From a phage, in assembly GCA_012646185.1 (NCBI GenBank), contig GCA_012646185.1_4706.1: a stretch of DNA of 64,000 nucleotides; one strand, given 5' to 3'. Shown here in pieces: positions 39,513-49,584 of this stretch. Position 1 is the first letter of the stretch; every line of letters starts with the position of its first letter. Under the pieces are notes generated by a model that did no database searches, was not told where the DNA came from, and saw nothing but the letters and a program-made list of their open reading frames with translations. The position numbers and the translations under genes are program-made.

Positions 39513-39544
39513 CCCTCCTCCTTCCCTGTTGGGTTGGAGGAGGG
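39513..39544. terminator. bidirectional terminator hairpin, family 2 variant
   Basis: ccctcctcc ttccctgttgggtt ggaggaggg; between convergent genes. Confidence 0.55.
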
Positions 39545-39614
39545 TTATGCCGTCAAGCAAAAAAAAAAATGATAGTCACAGGCTCTCCAATGAAGGAGAG
39601 CCGTGACCGTCAGT

Positions 39615-40316
39615 TTAAGATGCAGATAATCTCGCGTACTTCTGGCGAACATGGTTCTTACGGCGAACTTCGTCGTCCTCGTCACGCCATTCGAGGTAAG
39701 CAACGAATCGACGTAACTGCGCCGCCGTCATCGTTGACGAGTGGTCTTCTACGTCTAGAACAACGTAACGAACGTCACCAACACCATCACAATCAACGTA
39801 ACTGAATACCAAAAGACCATCACCGTATTCAACGATGGTAACTTCGAATCGTTTATCGAACAAATAAAACAGTTCCGATTCAATGATCATCGGAATGACG
39901 CACATATCAGCACGATTGAGGATTTCCATCATCACCCGTAACGCGCGAGGAGTATGGCGAGCGAACTGGTCGTTAAAACGTTGTTTCATCGCTTGTTCCA
40001 CGCCATCTGTTTTTGTTCCAAACCACGGACGTACTACAGATTTCGGTGGTGTAAGACGAAAGCGATATGCTTGTATAAACAACAGAATATCAGCGACGTT
40101 GGGAAATTCTTCCTGGTCTTCGTATATCTTGCGGATAATATCCGGAATCGTAACCATCAAGTATTTCTTATCGCCTCCCACTTTCTCGAGATTAGCAATA
40201 TGCCCTTCTACCACCGGCTGGTAAATGAAATTATACCAATGACGGTATCTTGCAGTACGTTGGTAGTTTGGGATAAAATTAAGAATAATACTCACTGCGC
40301 GTTTTAACGGGTTCAT
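39615..40316 (-). CDS. hypothetical protein
   Basis: 233-aa ORF. Confidence 0.55.
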   Translation of the reverse strand: MNPLKRAVSIILNFIPNYQRTARYRHWYNFIYQPVVEGHIANLEKVGGDKKYLMVTIPDIIRKIYEDQEEFPNVADILLFIQAYRFRLTPPKSVVRPWFGTKTDGVEQAMKQRFNDQFARHTPRALRVMMEILNRADMCVIPMIIESELFYLFDKRFEVTIVEYGDGLLVFSYVDCDGVGDVRYVVLDVEDHSSTMTAAQLRRFVAYLEWRDEDDEVRRKNHVRQKYARLSAS

Positions 40317-40330
40317 CGAAAGGATCCTTC

Positions 40331-40765
40331 TTATGTTTTAATATGCACATCGTCAATCCCCTCGGTAATCCAGCCGATGGGAAGGACAACCGTTGTTATC
40401 CTGTTATGGGTGTAGTGGTTGAGAAAATGGAAATAGTAATTTTTGTTAGACTGTTCGATCCGTAGGTCGAGGTGCGCGTCTTCAGGTAACCGTAACCAAG
40501 CACCGTACAGCTCATTAAACTTACGCTGAATTTTACCGGGGTTCATTGGAACCCCACGACCACGACGATGTAGCTGACGTAATGATTCAATCAAACACTC
40601 AGAGATACCCGTTGTCGTTCCGTTATCGCTTGTATCAATAACGATGAACTCTCGTGACCCACGACCGAGATAAAACCCAGCGACAAAAGCTGCAGCAACA
40701 AAAATTATCGTACCGATACCAATATACCAATAGTAAGTATCCATAACGACCTCACTTATACCCAA
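40331..40765 (-). CDS. small membrane protein
   Basis: N-terminal hydrophobic helix YWYIGIGTIIFVAAAFVAGFYLG. Confidence 0.5.
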   Translation of the reverse strand: MGISEVVMDTYYWYIGIGTIIFVAAAFVAGFYLGRGSREFIVIDTSDNGTTTGISECLIESLRQLHRRGRGVPMNPGKIQRKFNELYGAWLRLPEDAHLDLRIEQSNKNYYFHFLNHYTHNRITTVVLPIGWITEGIDDVHIKT

Positions 40766-41289
40766 TAGTCGGCAAGCGGTTTTACCTTATTAATGGGCAA
40801 CTGTACTTTACCGATGTTCTCTACATCCGCATCAGCGTAGAGAACAATTTTATCATCGTCTCTTTCCCAACGAATAGTAAATCGACCAGGAAGAAGATTA
40901 CTCTGTTCAAGAGACGCAGTAACCTGCTGCGTCAAAACAGACAACCAAGCAGGCATCAATGTTGCAATATCTAAGTCATTTGACCACTCAGCACGTTGCT
41001 CCACTGGGCGTAACATACGTTCGACGGTGCGTTGAACCGTTGCGGTGATATAGCCTTTATCTTCGTCACTGATTGGATCAGGACGAGACACAAAACGTTC
41101 AGCAGGTTTACGGGAAATATGCTCATGCAAATCGATGAGTGGTGTTGTCATAGTACTCGCTCCATCAGAATGTAATTGGGTAACCCGTAGGGTTGTCTGC
41201 ATGCTATTCAGAAGCGCAAAAGCGCCATAAACAACAACGATACCAAGTATAGCCAAAACAGAAATCATTAACGTGTATTGCATTGTCAT
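40756..41289 (-). CDS. small membrane protein
   Basis: N-terminal hydrophobic helix LMISVLAILGIVVVYGAFALL. Confidence 0.5.
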   Translation of the reverse strand: MTMQYTLMISVLAILGIVVVYGAFALLNSMQTTLRVTQLHSDGASTMTTPLIDLHEHISRKPAERFVSRPDPISDEDKGYITATVQRTVERMLRPVEQRAEWSNDLDIATLMPAWLSVLTQQVTASLEQSNLLPGRFTIRWERDDDKIVLYADADVENIGKVQLPINKVKPLADYWV

Positions 41290-41350
41290 CTCCCCCTACA
41301 TACGCATCTTGAAGATCGGTTAAAAACAACAAAAGAAAAAACGATATAAA

Positions 41351-41380
41351 GCAAGGTCCTCTGATATCAGAGGACCTTGG
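41351..41380 (-). terminator. intrinsic terminator hairpin
   Basis: Palindrome caaggtcctctga tat cagaggaccttg followed by a U-rich run on the minus strand, after the 41386..42042 gene. Confidence 0.6.
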
Positions 41381-41385
41381 ATCAA

Positions 41386-42042
41386 TTAGCTTGCAGCTTC
41401 TTCATTTGTATCAGGTTTGCTTCCCCCTAACAAACCGTCAAACAGACCCGTATGTTTCAGGTAGAAGAGAGCGATAGCGCCCATTGCTGCTGCGCTCGTC
41501 GCCGTTAACGCAACCCCGGCACGATACTGCCATTTACGGTCAGGCTTTTGATCGAGAGCCATACGACGCATGTATTCAGCCTCTGCTTCATTCCGATGAA
41601 TTTCGGATTCAGCCAAGCGGGCTAAGGTATCGCGGTCAAGGTTATCATAACGTACGTTCATGGTGGTTTCCTCTTGTTTGGAAGTTGATTGCTTAGTGGA
41701 TTCTTGGTCAACAGTCGTTTCAGATGGTTCAAACGGCTGGTTGTTCATTTTCTGATCTTTATTGGTCATGATAGACTCCTTCAATTTTTGAGACGAAATT
41801 GATTTAAACCATCGTGGATGACGGTATTCAGTTTTACATGTGCAGTTAAGTTTCTCGTGCAGGAAAGCGTAAAAACGTTTTGCGCCTACACGTAAGGCTT
41901 TCAGCATTACCCATCCACGAGCACTCAAACGGTGTAGCTGTTGCGGTATGTCGAGTTTCCTAGCCAAGCGAAAGTATCTTTCAATCACTTCGATAGGAAA
42001 CCATTGTTGTTCCACATCGGTGAGACTGAAAGTCTTATCCAT
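41386..42042 (-). CDS. hypothetical protein with C-terminal hydrophobic segment
   Basis: 218-aa ORF; first gene after the promoter motif at 42074. Confidence 0.5.
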   Translation of the reverse strand: MDKTFSLTDVEQQWFPIEVIERYFRLARKLDIPQQLHRLSARGWVMLKALRVGAKRFYAFLHEKLNCTCKTEYRHPRWFKSISSQKLKESIMTNKDQKMNNQPFEPSETTVDQESTKQSTSKQEETTMNVRYDNLDRDTLARLAESEIHRNEAEAEYMRRMALDQKPDRKWQYRAGVALTATSAAAMGAIALFYLKHTGLFDGLLGGSKPDTNEEAAS

Positions 42043-42067
42043 GAATGAAATCTCGCTGGCTTACTTC

Positions 42068-42100
42068 ACTTAAGTAATATAGCCGTGAAAAATGTTGGAT
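42068..42100 (-). promoter_or_regulatory. early-type promoter candidate (CTATATTAC motif)
   Basis: Minus strand reads CATTTTTCACGGCTATATTACTTAAG. Confidence 0.5.
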
Positions 42101-42192
42101 TAAGTTAAATACCGCAACCGCAGCTAATTTTATAGGCTTTTAGCCTAAACCAATCATCTTCGGAATCATCATCTTTGAAACAGGAATCTATC

Positions 42193-43014
42193 ATGGAAAA
42201 AGTATTTGTTTGTAAGTTGTTTACTAACGGCAATAGCCAACCAATGTACCTGACCGATCCAGTTCTAGGTAATCGGAACAGCACCGTATTCAAAGAAGCT
42301 ATCGAATACGCTAAAAATAAAGCCGTGAGAACACTGACGTCCGATGACTGTATCAACGGTATCACGTGGGCAGAGTTATTCGGTGATGCTGTTAGACACT
42401 TCGTTCGGGACGCAAGAAAACGGGAAATCTGTCTCACGACTATCGTTGTGCGTGAAAATGCAGAAATTTTATCAAACGTTTTGGTTGATTTTAATGACGT
42501 TTGCGTGTTTAATCCAGAGAACACGTTTGAACAATACCTTACTGCCCTGAACAACCAGCTCGGTAAAGATATTCATCCCGAATTCGCCAAGTTAACATAT
42601 CAGTTACTTTTTGACGACGACGATCCAAATACGAATATCGATACCAGCTTATCGCCCCTGGTAAAGAAATACGGATCGGTTCTCGCTACGGCAACACCCA
42701 CCACCGATGGCGGTTATGATATCGAATTGGATGGTCCATTAAAAGAACAAGAGCCTACTGGGGTTAGGGCGGTACATCACAACCTCGTCGTTAAATCTGA
42801 TGGGTGCGATGAACATTACGCTATGATAAACGATGAAAACAATTACCGTTTAAGTCAAGCGATTGGTGTTCTACGCTATACCGAACCCACTGTTGTAGAC
42901 GATTATACATCGACAACAACGCACACCACGTGTTTCATTTTCATCTATCCCAATGAAAGTGTGTACATTACTGACTGCTACGGCAATACCGTAGATAGCT
43001 TACGTCGTTACTAA
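42193..43014 (+). CDS. hypothetical protein
   Basis: ATG at 42193 with AGGA RBS (track start 42175 is TTG). Confidence 0.55.
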   Translation: MEKVFVCKLFTNGNSQPMYLTDPVLGNRNSTVFKEAIEYAKNKAVRTLTSDDCINGITWAELFGDAVRHFVRDARKREICLTTIVVRENAEILSNVLVDFNDVCVFNPENTFEQYLTALNNQLGKDIHPEFAKLTYQLLFDDDDPNTNIDTSLSPLVKKYGSVLATATPTTDGGYDIELDGPLKEQEPTGVRAVHHNLVVKSDGCDEHYAMINDENNYRLSQAIGVLRYTEPTVVDDYTSTTTHTTCFIFIYPNESVYITDCYGNTVDSLRRY

Positions 43015-43020
43015 TCGTCG

Positions 43021-43042
43021 AGCCTGTCCTTCGGGGCAGGCT
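43021..43042 (+). terminator. intrinsic terminator hairpin
   Basis: agcctgtcc ttcg ggggcaggct followed by tttt. Confidence 0.55.
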
Positions 43043-43122
43043 TTTATGCTGTTAAATATCAGGAATAAGAATTAACAAAATAGGAAAATGGTGTGAATAT
43101 AACACAAAGGAGGGAGATGATC

Positions 43123-43239
43123 ATGTTACTCATTCTAATGGAGAGAGCATTGCTGGCGGGTATCTGCGCATTCTCTGTTAAACACGCTGTTGCTATCATG
43201 GCTGAAGAAAGGCGTAATACGCATAATGTATTACGCTGA
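43123..43239 (+). CDS. small ORF (38 aa), candidate small protein
   Basis: Strong RBS AAGGAGGG 7 nt before ATG; not in the ORF track (below size cut-off); its 3' end sits in a 9-bp inverted repeat gcgtaatac/gtattacgc. Confidence 0.35.
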   Translation: MLLILMERALLAGICAFSVKHAVAIMAEERRNTHNVLR

Positions 43240-43349
43240 AAACACTGTGTGCATTAGTGTATGACGAGAAATCGTCGAGGCCCCCGTCTTCACGAGGGCC
43301 AACACCTATGCATGATTATTCATCGTCTGTTAAACAAAAGGTTATAAAC

Positions 43350-43658
43350 ATGAGCAATTTGAACGTTGAATTTACTTCAACAACGCCTGTCATGAATGGT
43401 GTTGGCACTGAAACCAAAATCGTATTAGAACCCATTCCAGGGTTACGCGATCTCGGTGATTTTTATCCACTGATGCCGCGTATACGGAAGGCCTTAAATA
43501 GTATCGATCTTGATTCCAATAAAGATTTCCAACACGATACAGAAAATACCGATCATGTATTGCTGCCATCGGGGATCGCAAAATTCACCTACACGCAAAC
43601 ATTGAAAGCCTCCGATGGTGAAATCCGTCGTTTTATCGTTGAAGTAGAAAGCGCATAA
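43350..43658 (+). CDS. hypothetical protein
   Basis: Start assigned to ATG at 43350 (MSNLNVEF); the ORF-track N-terminal extension begins with GTG and spans a GC hairpin. Confidence 0.5.
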   Translation: MSNLNVEFTSTTPVMNGVGTETKIVLEPIPGLRDLGDFYPLMPRIRKALNSIDLDSNKDFQHDTENTDHVLLPSGIAKFTYTQTLKASDGEIRRFIVEVESA

Positions 43659-43662
43659 AAAC

Positions 43663-43694
43663 CATCCTCCCTTCCCTTACGGGTTGGGAGGATG
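43663..43694. terminator. bidirectional terminator hairpin, family 2 (UUAC loop)
   Basis: catcctcccttccc ttac gggttgggaggatg; inner 20 nt identical to the hairpin at 26651-26682. Confidence 0.55.
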
Positions 43695-43711
43695 AAATAT
43701 GCCGTTAAACG

Positions 43712-44341
43712 TTATTCAACAAACCCTGCATTCAACAGATTGTCGTAAACACGATTAGCGACATCAACAGGAGAATGTGTGTTACTGGTGTCTATACACA
43801 ACGTTTTCGCATCGCCGAGATAGTCCATAAAATCCATGTAACGATAACGTCGTTTATTGAATGTCGCTTCATCGATGTTATCAAACATCTGATGTTTAGC
43901 GTGACGAACACGGAACCGTCTTAAATACGTAGGATAGTCAATATCCAGATAAACATAGTAAGACGGCATGATAATCGACGGTAGGTTCGGCAACAACGCG
44001 TCAAACAACTTAACGTTAGCGTCATTAACCTGGTAAACATACGTCGAAGCAATCGAACGATCGCTAAGCACAGTCTTCCCTTCGTTAAGGGCTGGATGAA
44101 TCACCTTGTTGAAGAGATGATTACGTTGCGACATCATCGCCAATAGTTCAGTTTCTGGATCGAATCTGTTTGTTGGTGTTTGGTCTTCCAGGATAAGTTT
44201 ACGAATGGCTTCTCCGTAGAGAGTACCACCGGGTTCACGTACAACACAAACATTGTTTAAACGACTGTGTAAAGACGAGATAACCGAACTCTTTCCTGAA
44301 TAATCCAGACCTTCAATAACGATATATTTATTACGAGACAT
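43712..44341 (-). CDS. tmk: thymidylate (dTMP) kinase
   Basis: Start reassigned to ATG at 44341 with GGAG RBS (track start is TTG). P-loop YIVIEGLDYSGKSS and REPGGTLYGEAIRKL match the thymidylate kinase signature. Confidence 0.7.
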   Translation of the reverse strand: MSRNKYIVIEGLDYSGKSSVISSLHSRLNNVCVVREPGGTLYGEAIRKLILEDQTPTNRFDPETELLAMMSQRNHLFNKVIHPALNEGKTVLSDRSIASTYVYQVNDANVKLFDALLPNLPSIIMPSYYVYLDIDYPTYLRRFRVRHAKHQMFDNIDEATFNKRRYRYMDFMDYLGDAKTLCIDTSNTHSPVDVANRVYDNLLNAGFVE

Positions 44342-44357
44342 TCCCCGCTCCAATTAA

Positions 44358-45536
44358 CTACTTCGTTTTCGCCGTTATCGGCTGCGATACTGTAATCTCG
44401 ACCCGATCGACATCGGTACGTTTAACGATGATAAGGCTGCGTTCATCACCGAATGGTTCTGAGATCTTACAAGCCTCTTTAAGATTTTCGAGAATCGTGC
44501 CATGGGGTTCAAACACCGCAAAACCGGAACTAGCGTCGATTTTTACTAAATATACACGCACATTGTTTACGGTAATGGTGTCATCCGTCTTGAACCCACA
44601 GCAGGAGGGTAGACAGAACTGGCCGGGAATACCGGCTACGTATGCCTCACCACCGAACATTTCTATTAACGTCACCGGTTTAAATGTTTTCTCTGGGAAA
44701 GCATTATTAAGGATATCGTTTCCATTCACAAACCAGATCGTCACTTTATCTTCAGAATACGCTAGTCGGTATGGTTGAGTTGCGGACGCTTGCGCTTTAT
44801 GCTGGTTAAATAATTTTGATTTTGTCGCAATCACAGCACGGCCTTGGGCGTCAAAGTACAGAACTTCATACCCAACACATCCGATAAACACGCGACGGTT
44901 ATTAAGTTCCGGAATTCTGACTAATAATGCTTCACCGTTGTATCCAGTAGGAACAATACCACGTAGGATGATAGATTCGTTATTCAATACTGAGTTGTCC
45001 ACGACGATGCTTCGCATTACCGCTGGGGTTACTGTTTTATCTGCGGTAGGTTCAGGTTGCTCAGCAATACGGTCAAAAGGTTCGATGGATACCATGGGAA
45101 CGAAGTATTCAACTATATGCTTGTTTTCAGCACCAACGTCCATGACGGTGATCTGCAAACGCGTAGCATCCGAATTCAATGCTTGTTTCACACGTTCTGC
45201 ATTAGGAGTATCACGGTCAATATGAATCAAGGCTTTTACCACACCGTCGTCTTCCAACCATCCCGTTAAAACGCGACCGACGATATCATTCACATCACGA
45301 ATCGGGAAGCACAGTTCAGCACCATCGAGCACCGCTTCGATTTTACTGCTAATGACGGGCACCTTACCGTCGTTAAGATGCGCCAGCAGACCGGTTACTG
45401 CACCTTCACTAACCGGATGTTTTGTCGTCGTACTGACCAACGGTACGATAAAACGATCTTCGCTGTATTTCTCTGCACCACAGATAACCGGGACTTGAGG
45501 ACAATAATCAACCAGCCCCCATTCAACAGTATTCAT
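44358..45536 (-). CDS. hypothetical protein
   Basis: 392-aa ORF. Confidence 0.55.
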   Translation of the reverse strand: MNTVEWGLVDYCPQVPVICGAEKYSEDRFIVPLVSTTTKHPVSEGAVTGLLAHLNDGKVPVISSKIEAVLDGAELCFPIRDVNDIVGRVLTGWLEDDGVVKALIHIDRDTPNAERVKQALNSDATRLQITVMDVGAENKHIVEYFVPMVSIEPFDRIAEQPEPTADKTVTPAVMRSIVVDNSVLNNESIILRGIVPTGYNGEALLVRIPELNNRRVFIGCVGYEVLYFDAQGRAVIATKSKLFNQHKAQASATQPYRLAYSEDKVTIWFVNGNDILNNAFPEKTFKPVTLIEMFGGEAYVAGIPGQFCLPSCCGFKTDDTITVNNVRVYLVKIDASSGFAVFEPHGTILENLKEACKISEPFGDERSLIIVKRTDVDRVEITVSQPITAKTK

Positions 45537-45568
45537 AACGTTTTCCTTCTTGGGTTTTGTACGTGTTG

Positions 45569-46183
45569 CTAACGGCGTTTCGTACCGACCTTCCCATTTC
45601 GATGGTCATCAAGAATACGCCATTCTTCGAACAGGAGTTCAGCAGCGAAATAACCTACAGCGATGCTGTCTATCGCATGCTCATCAAGATTCGCTAACAC
45701 AACACCATTCCTGGGTGTGATGTTCATGAGGTTCAATACTTTCTGGCGAACATCGTCCTTACCAACACGGGACGTCATGATCCCAACGGCGCGTTTTGCG
45801 CTTCGGTTATCAACCCCTAAGAAAGACACCGTAGGGTCAAAATCGATAACCGTTGTCTGAATCGCTGAAAACAGCTCGCTGAGCGCCATACCGCTTTGCT
45901 TGAAACGACCGATGAATGGCGTCTCACAAGCGACCGCTTGCGGCTGGTACTCTTGCAATAACGTTGTCAGCGAACGACGGTGTTCTTGGATACGTGCGGC
46001 ACGATTACCGTATCCAAGCGCAATATCGCCATCGGGATCATATCGACGTGAAGCGTGCCATGTCCCTGCATACAGCAGTTCAATATCTTCGACACGCACG
46101 TCCAAACGTAGTAACGACGCACCGAGTGTATCGGTGCCAGGGTCGATTGCCAGAATATCGTAAGCGTATTCTGGTGGGATCAT
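45569..46183 (-). CDS. RuvC-like Holliday junction resolvase candidate
   Basis: Start reassigned to ATG at 46183 (ATGA overlap with upstream stop); N-terminal YDILAIDPGTDTLGASLL resembles the RuvC catalytic ILGIDPG segment. Confidence 0.45.
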   Translation of the reverse strand: MIPPEYAYDILAIDPGTDTLGASLLRLDVRVEDIELLYAGTWHASRRYDPDGDIALGYGNRAARIQEHRRSLTTLLQEYQPQAVACETPFIGRFKQSGMALSELFSAIQTTVIDFDPTVSFLGVDNRSAKRAVGIMTSRVGKDDVRQKVLNLMNITPRNGVVLANLDEHAIDSIAVGYFAAELLFEEWRILDDHRNGKVGTKRR

Positions 46184-46995
46184 GGTGTTACAACAGCCTC
46201 TACTGACCATGGGAAGGTTTTCGCAATAACACCTTCCAGGAAGCGTTCAACTTCCGATTGCTCATACACCGAAAGCTTTTCAAACGGCGTTTGGTCTTCG
46301 GTTAAACCTACCGCATGAATAGGACCCAGGTCTTTAACCAGGGTAACTTCGCCTTTAACGCCTTCGCGCTTAACGATGATCGCGTGGTCATTAACCTTAG
46401 GATCGTACAGCACGCGCATCATGGTTACGGCGTCATCCGGTTCATGACCGAAATCGATGGCAACACGAGCATTCGTCCCTTCATCATCCAGAAGCTTGCT
46501 CAGCGCTTTACAACGGTCTTCAATCCAATCCAACGCAACCACGGTTTCTTGGCGTAGCTGAACCTCAACTTCTTTTCCTTGTTCGTCGATACGTTTCACG
46601 GTAACAAAATCGTGTAATAGGCGGTCAGGAAGGAGGGAAGCAATAAGCTCAACGTCGGGTTCAGGTTTTTCGTTTTCCAGAATGATAGTCGCTTGTGCGT
46701 CCAGATGTTCTTTAAAACGGATGTAACGTGTTAATCGCAGAACTTCATCTTGGGATTTTGCGTCTTCGGGAATAATCTCCGTCATGACGTTATAAATCTT
46801 TTCAGCGAACGTCGGAATTACGGTGATTGTAATTCGTGCTGGTGTACCACGCTCCTGGTACTCATCGGCTAACTTCTTCGCCATCCCGTTAAAATAAGTC
46901 TGGAGAAACGGTTGCTGCGTTAAAAACATTTTCTCCAGATCGGAATAGCGATGCTTGCGTGCATGGCCTAGCTTCTTCATGGGCTTTTTCATCAA
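46180..46995 (-). CDS. hypothetical protein
   Basis: 271-aa ORF between the Rad50-like and RuvC-like genes; no Mre11 phosphoesterase motifs seen. Confidence 0.55.
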   Translation of the reverse strand: MMKKPMKKLGHARKHRYSDLEKMFLTQQPFLQTYFNGMAKKLADEYQERGTPARITITVIPTFAEKIYNVMTEIIPEDAKSQDEVLRLTRYIRFKEHLDAQATIILENEKPEPDVELIASLLPDRLLHDFVTVKRIDEQGKEVEVQLRQETVVALDWIEDRCKALSKLLDDEGTNARVAIDFGHEPDDAVTMMRVLYDPKVNDHAIIVKREGVKGEVTLVKDLGPIHAVGLTEDQTPFEKLSVYEQSEVERFLEGVIAKTFPWSVEAVVTP

Positions 46996-47013
46996 CAGAA
47001 ATCCTTATTTGTC

Positions 47014-49470
47014 TTAAATAATCGTGACGTGTTCGTTATATGTTTCAGGGAGAATGATGTTCGTTTTATCAAGAACCATACACTCGGCTTTACGGAACGA
47101 CGCATGGTTGATAACATAGTGGCTGATGAACCACACCTGGCTTACGCGGTGACCATCAACCAAACGACGAACAAAATCCATGGCATTAGATTGGTGCTGT
47201 GGATCAAATGTTGATGCGAATTCGTCTAACATCAACGGATAATCCGTGAACCCTTTGTAATGCATCATCGCGATGATGAACGCGATATTGATAATTTCCT
47301 TTTGTCCCTTACTCCCATAAACAATATCTTTTCGCGGTGTCGGATACTTCTCAGTTAAAAGCGGAAAACGATAGTTCAATCCTTGCGCGTCGATAGCACA
47401 CGGGAGTATCTGAAGTTGGTATTCCCAAATACTTGCAATGATGCCGTTCATGTACTCAACGAACGCGTTGATGGGACCCGCGATTGTTTCGGCAATCAAT
47501 CCGTTAGATGGACTTAACTCATCCAGAACAAGTTGTGCGTAACTGAGCTGTTCTTCCACCTCTTTTTGTGTCGTTTCCAACTGAGCCAGAAGCTGCTGGT
47601 CGGTTTTAGCTTCCTGTAACTGCTGTTCGACATGACTTATTCGGCGAACCGTATCAGACATCGCAGCACGTAACGATTTCGTGTAGAGGTGTTGCAGATA
47701 CTCTAACCACAGTTGCGTTAACGCTTTATCGCTGTTATCAGAACGTACCTGATCTTCCATAATCGCCGTAATGGTTTCCAATCTACCTTCCGTGGCTGTG
47801 ATAGCTTGTGTTAACCGCTCAACGGTTGTTAACAACTCTGTCCTGTTCTTATAAAGCAATTCTCGACGTTGCTGTAACGGTTCAACATCAACCGCTTGTA
47901 CCCGTTCGAGCATACCTTGAAGATGCTTCCGTTCCTGTTCGGCTTGTGTGTAACGCGCGAGTTTCTCAAACGCAAGCAACCAGTCATTAATGATTCCAAT
48001 GCTGCGGAATCCTAAACCGTTTTTACGTCCTTCTTCCAGCAGATTGTCCCACATGGGTTTAATGGCGTAATAATCTTTCGTCCAACGTGTTAACTGACGA
48101 TGCTGTTCCATCCAGAGCGTATAGCGCTGAACCTTCTCACTAAGCTCGGTTAACGATTTCTCCTGTTCTTCAACCCAGGCACGGCCCTTCTGAATACGTT
48201 GTTCAATACCCGCTTTGCTGGTCTTTTCTGTCTCACCAACATGAAAGCGATAATTGCATTTTGGACAGCTGGTCTGGGGTTGATGATTCAGGTGGTCAAG
48301 ATGCGCTTCCAAATCGGCTAACGCATGTTTCGCGTTACGCAAACGCATTCTTGCCGCCTCTTCCTCCTTGATGTAAGCTTCAGCATCGTAAACATGATAG
48401 GTGTTGTCGGTATCAATCCATTCTTGCAGTAATTCCGTTAACGGAGCCTGAACTTGCGTGAGCTGTTGTAAACAAACCGCAGCGTCCAGATTCATTGTTA
48501 AAAGCTCACCTGGATGATCTTGCTGAAGTTGTTCGTCTAAACGTGCAATGCGGGCTTTAATTTGATCGATATCACCTTCGCCAGACTGTTTCAACTGGTC
48601 AAGGATATTATCGATACCCAACAGCTCGTCAACCTGACTTTCGAGTTTTGCATTCGCATTCGCGAGTTGCTCTCTTAGTTCAGCCAGATTCTGCTGTTCT
48701 TGTTGCGATGTTCCTCCTTGGTAACGAACAACCGCACGAAGAAGCTCACGATTAAAATGATGGGCGCGTTGTGCGGATTCCAGAAGCTGTCGTTGATCAA
48801 CATCGCTATCGAATAACGGCAATCCCATCATCGCTTCGAGCGCTGAGCGTTGCTGTTTTAACTCTGCTTCCAATCCCTGGTGGTCGGTGCCGGTGTATTT
48901 CGCTTCGATGCGCTGTGATGTTTCAACCAACTTATTCAGTGTATGCTCATTCACCGCTTTCAGTGAACGTACTTGTTGCTTAACCACCTGAAACAACTCG
49001 AGTGCGTAATCGACGTTAACCGGACATATCTGCGTTAATCGTTCGCGACGTTTCATCGGTCCCATTTCGGTGAACTGGTAAGCCGTTTCGTAACCTAACA
49101 ACAAACGAATAGTGTCATCATTAAGTTCGAAATGTTCTTCGATCAGTTTCCACTGAGCGGGTTGTGTGCCACCACCATTCAGGTTCTCGCTGTCGTTAAC
49201 GTAGAACTCATGCTTAAACCCTTTTTCTAAACGACTGATAAGACGGTATTGCTTATTACGGTGTTCGCAGCGGTACTCGTAATACCCGTCTTTATCAAAA
49301 TCGGCACGCTCAGGAACGGTCGGATACAGCAAAGGCAATAGACTACTCTTACCCGAACCGTTGCTGCCTAAAATGAGTTGTACGGGATTATCTGGCCGGA
49401 TGACCAGCTCCCGAATCATCCCGGTATCAAAACGATTGAATCCACGTAAGTGGAGATAGGTGCATCGCAT
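47014..49470 (-). CDS. Rad50/SbcC-like ATPase
   Basis: Start reassigned to ATG at 49470. Walker A LILGSNGSGKSS, long central coiled-coil with CPKC zinc-hook-like motif, C-terminal LMLDEFASTFD plus SHY. Confidence 0.7.
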   Translation of the reverse strand: MRCTYLHLRGFNRFDTGMIRELVIRPDNPVQLILGSNGSGKSSLLPLLYPTVPERADFDKDGYYEYRCEHRNKQYRLISRLEKGFKHEFYVNDSENLNGGGTQPAQWKLIEEHFELNDDTIRLLLGYETAYQFTEMGPMKRRERLTQICPVNVDYALELFQVVKQQVRSLKAVNEHTLNKLVETSQRIEAKYTGTDHQGLEAELKQQRSALEAMMGLPLFDSDVDQRQLLESAQRAHHFNRELLRAVVRYQGGTSQQEQQNLAELREQLANANAKLESQVDELLGIDNILDQLKQSGEGDIDQIKARIARLDEQLQQDHPGELLTMNLDAAVCLQQLTQVQAPLTELLQEWIDTDNTYHVYDAEAYIKEEEAARMRLRNAKHALADLEAHLDHLNHQPQTSCPKCNYRFHVGETEKTSKAGIEQRIQKGRAWVEEQEKSLTELSEKVQRYTLWMEQHRQLTRWTKDYYAIKPMWDNLLEEGRKNGLGFRSIGIINDWLLAFEKLARYTQAEQERKHLQGMLERVQAVDVEPLQQRRELLYKNRTELLTTVERLTQAITATEGRLETITAIMEDQVRSDNSDKALTQLWLEYLQHLYTKSLRAAMSDTVRRISHVEQQLQEAKTDQQLLAQLETTQKEVEEQLSYAQLVLDELSPSNGLIAETIAGPINAFVEYMNGIIASIWEYQLQILPCAIDAQGLNYRFPLLTEKYPTPRKDIVYGSKGQKEIINIAFIIAMMHYKGFTDYPLMLDEFASTFDPQHQSNAMDFVRRLVDGHRVSQVWFISHYVINHASFRKAECMVLDKTNIILPETYNEHVTII

Positions 49471-49584
49471 GCTATGATAATCCTTCTTCGATACCTTCTG
49501 AACCACGGGTTCAGAATGCGAAGCTGAAGCCATACTTCAGCGTTATTTTCTATATCGTTATTTAAATCAGTAGGAGATTACAGC

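Noticed and set aside
46180-46995. 46180..46995 as the Mre11/SbcD partner of the Rad50-like gene
   Set aside because: No D-x-H, GDxxD or GNHD phosphoesterase motifs were found in the 271-aa sequence.
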